Below, one piece after another: positions 61,871 through 64,000 of a DNA stretch of 64,000 nt. The stretch spans positions 4,340,001-4,404,000 of the forward strand of contig OZ281495.1 of NCBI GenBank assembly GCA_965637545.1, read 5' to 3'. A program made the translations under genes and the position numbers. Every line of letters starts with the position of its first letter. Position 1 is the stretch's first letter. The notes beneath the pieces are model-generated. The model had not been told where the DNA came from, searched no databases, and saw only the letters and a program-made list of their open reading frames with translations. The DNA is from Phallusia mammillata. Taxonomy: Eukaryota.

Positions 61871-62922
61871 GACAAATCATGACAAATATTTTATGAAATT
61901 GTTTTATGAATGAAATTGTACGTTTTCAACGTGATGGACAATATCTTTGCTTCCGCAAAAAATCTGTGTTGTTTGTTATTTCATATAAAAAACACACAAA
62001 AAACAATGAATTTATGAGATTTGTAATTAGCAGATAATATAGAACACAAAAAGTAATGTAATTGATATAACTGTAGCCAACAACAGTGTCACATACGTTT
62101 GGTATATATTTGTTGCCACTCAAACTGATTTTTCAACAAAGCTTATTTGACCATTTTATCCGTATTATTTATAATCGGTACAAGCACATATACCGATTAT
62201 AACCTTAGTTAATAACGTTCTAAACATACATAACTTCAGCTAAATTAATCTTAGTCATTTGTGTGAAAAACAATTTCATGAAACTCATGATATACAAATA
62301 AAATCAACTGATACTTTAGGTACTGCGTGAAAGCATAACATGGGTAAAATGAACCTATAGTTAGGAAATAAAAAGTGTTAGGACCTTCACAAACTAACCG
62401 AAATAACTTTTAACTTGCCATTACTATTTTTAGTTGGAAAGTGACAGTATAGTAGAATGAGACCTGACATTAAGTTTTCCAGGTGATGCACACAGACAAA
62501 GCAAAAGATGCCGAAACTAAAAAATTTTGCTCAAATTTTCCAATCCACCGGCATTTGCGAACACAAAAATTACAAAATTTGTTTATACACAGCTAACCGG
62601 CGTTTAGTGCTCAGTTAATCACGACGACAGAAAAATTCTAGACAGATTTAGCGCAATCTAATGTACATGCACTTAAGCATATTAATGTGCTTACTTTTAT
62701 TTTACTTTTGTTTTAATTTGGCTAAATCAACTATTCCCAACTAATACATATGCGGGCTGATAGCAAACACTACTTTGCAAATCTATACATATATTTAAAT
62801 ATGTGCGACATGCGATGTCAGAGAGAAATCGTACAGCTGTTATAATTGAAGAACTTAAAACAAAATTTGGGTAACAATTTAAACATTTTATTTCCATTTA
62901 ACAATAAAATTTGGGTCTAATT

Positions 62923-64000
62923 CTAAGTCTCTAACTCTATGTCTGTTTTAACTGGCTCATCAGAACAGGGGCAACAGCAGCAGCAGCAGCAACAACACTT
63001 GAGGTGCTTCATGATAAAATCAATAACAGCTTTGATTCCTGCCAAACACAAATATTACAAAAATATTTTTGTTCTAAAAAATATTTTTATGCGCAAAAAT
63101 GTTTGTAATTGATTTTTATTTTCGAAAATAGTAATGATTTTTGCTTACCACTCCAAATGGCCATCAAACATTTTTTTATAGCCTCCCAAATGCATTTCCA
63201 ATTCCAGAAATGACCGGTAAAACAGCCAACAATAAATAAACCGACTATCAGTATCGCCCAGAGCCAGTCTGGTAAAGCTGTAAACGATAAAAACATTGAC
63301 AACAGCTCTATGCAAAGTTCGTTGAACTGGCACAATGTAAATTCTTACCTGAGCAGTTCTTACATGTTGACACTTTACCAGAAGTGCAATAAGAAGAGAC
63401 AACAACTATACCTTCCTTCTGACATCTCGCCACAGCAAACCCGTTACATCCGACGGGACAAGTCAAATTCACCAACTCATTGTATTGAATTGTAGCTGGA
63501 CTGTTGTCATATTTACAATCCTCTTCACAATCACTTTTACATGGTAAATATTCATTCAAGTAACAAACCACTGCAAAATAGAATCAGGGCATTAAAAAAA
63601 TCGTTTTGTCAATAAACCAAAGAATACGGAAAAACAAAGAGTGTGTACCATTTAATTATAACATGCAGAAGTTCGCTCTAGGCATGAGCTGTCCTTAATT
63701 TATTGTGAATGTTGTTGTTTTTTCCGCTAGTGAAACACATAACTGACATCATTACACAATTAACAAAAAACGAAATATTCGTTTCAAATTATACAATATG
63801 GACACAACAATCGATGCGAAAGTCGCATTTTCTCTCTGCATTATGTATGAAATGCAACCAAGGGCGATTTGTTCACTTGTGTAACGTCACCTGGTTGGCA
63901 AGGGTTCGTGACGTTCAACAACTTGTTGGCTCCACAAACAGCTGTAGAATTTCCACTGCAACCATCAGGACAAGTCATATTGATACTTTCTCCAAACCGT
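62923..64000 (-). CDS. Gene J (partial, runs off window): paralog of D with sushi-like repeats, one TM and a poly-cysteine tail
   Basis: Minus exons: beyond 64000-63891 (INMTCPDGCSGNSTAVC), 63570-63379 or 63349 (VNLTCPVGCNGFAVARC, matching D's VDLTCPTGCNGIVRATC), 63277-63149 (TM WLWAILIVGLFIVGCFTGHFW) and 63038-62923 (GIKAVIDFIMKHLKCCCCCCCCCPCSDEPVKTDIELET*). All exons are phase 1. Confidence 0.8.

Noticed and set aside
62960-62998. (CAG)n run as a plus-strand polyglutamine tract
   Set aside because: No plus-strand gene context. The minus strand has an acceptor, correct phase and an upstream TM exon, so it reads as poly-Cys.
1-64000. Treating ORF-track entries with TTG/GTG starts as bacterial-type genes
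   Set aside because: The sequence is intron-rich eukaryotic DNA. Most listed ORFs are exons plus intron read-through or antisense shadows of exons.

Overview
AT-rich eukaryotic genomic DNA with many short GT-AG introns (many about 50-100 nt), most consistent with an invertebrate chordate such as an ascidian (inference). The ORF track mostly shows exon fragments, so I rebuilt gene models by hand from splice sites and exon phase. The window is a birth-and-death cluster of two kinds of cell-surface protein. (1) A family of type-I receptors, mostly on the + strand: signal peptide, an atypical Cys-containing N-terminal domain, one sushi/CCP domain, 3-5 Ig domains, a membrane-proximal domain, a TM helix and a tyrosine-motif tail. 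Three copies are intact (A 5810-9323, B 12061-15448, E 24427-30427). Several are pseudogenes or fragments (C, F, G, H, I, an orphan 3' end at 10.7 kb, and an inverted truncated copy at 3279-3871). (2) Minus-strand single-TM proteins with tandem sushi-like domains and short tails lacking tyrosine motifs: D (about 20535-23051, head-to-head with E) and J (62923 to beyond 64000, tail with 9 consecutive Cys). This pairing resembles the Botryllus fester / fester co-receptor allorecognition receptors; homology is not demonstrated here. Also present: a RIPK-like kinase with a non-canonical catalytic loop, a 4-kb CACTG-terminated DNA transposon carrying a spliced gene, hAT-type MITEs, a long-TIR element, a truncated CR1/L2-type LINE and several repeats. 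No rRNA, tRNA or CRISPR features were recognised.
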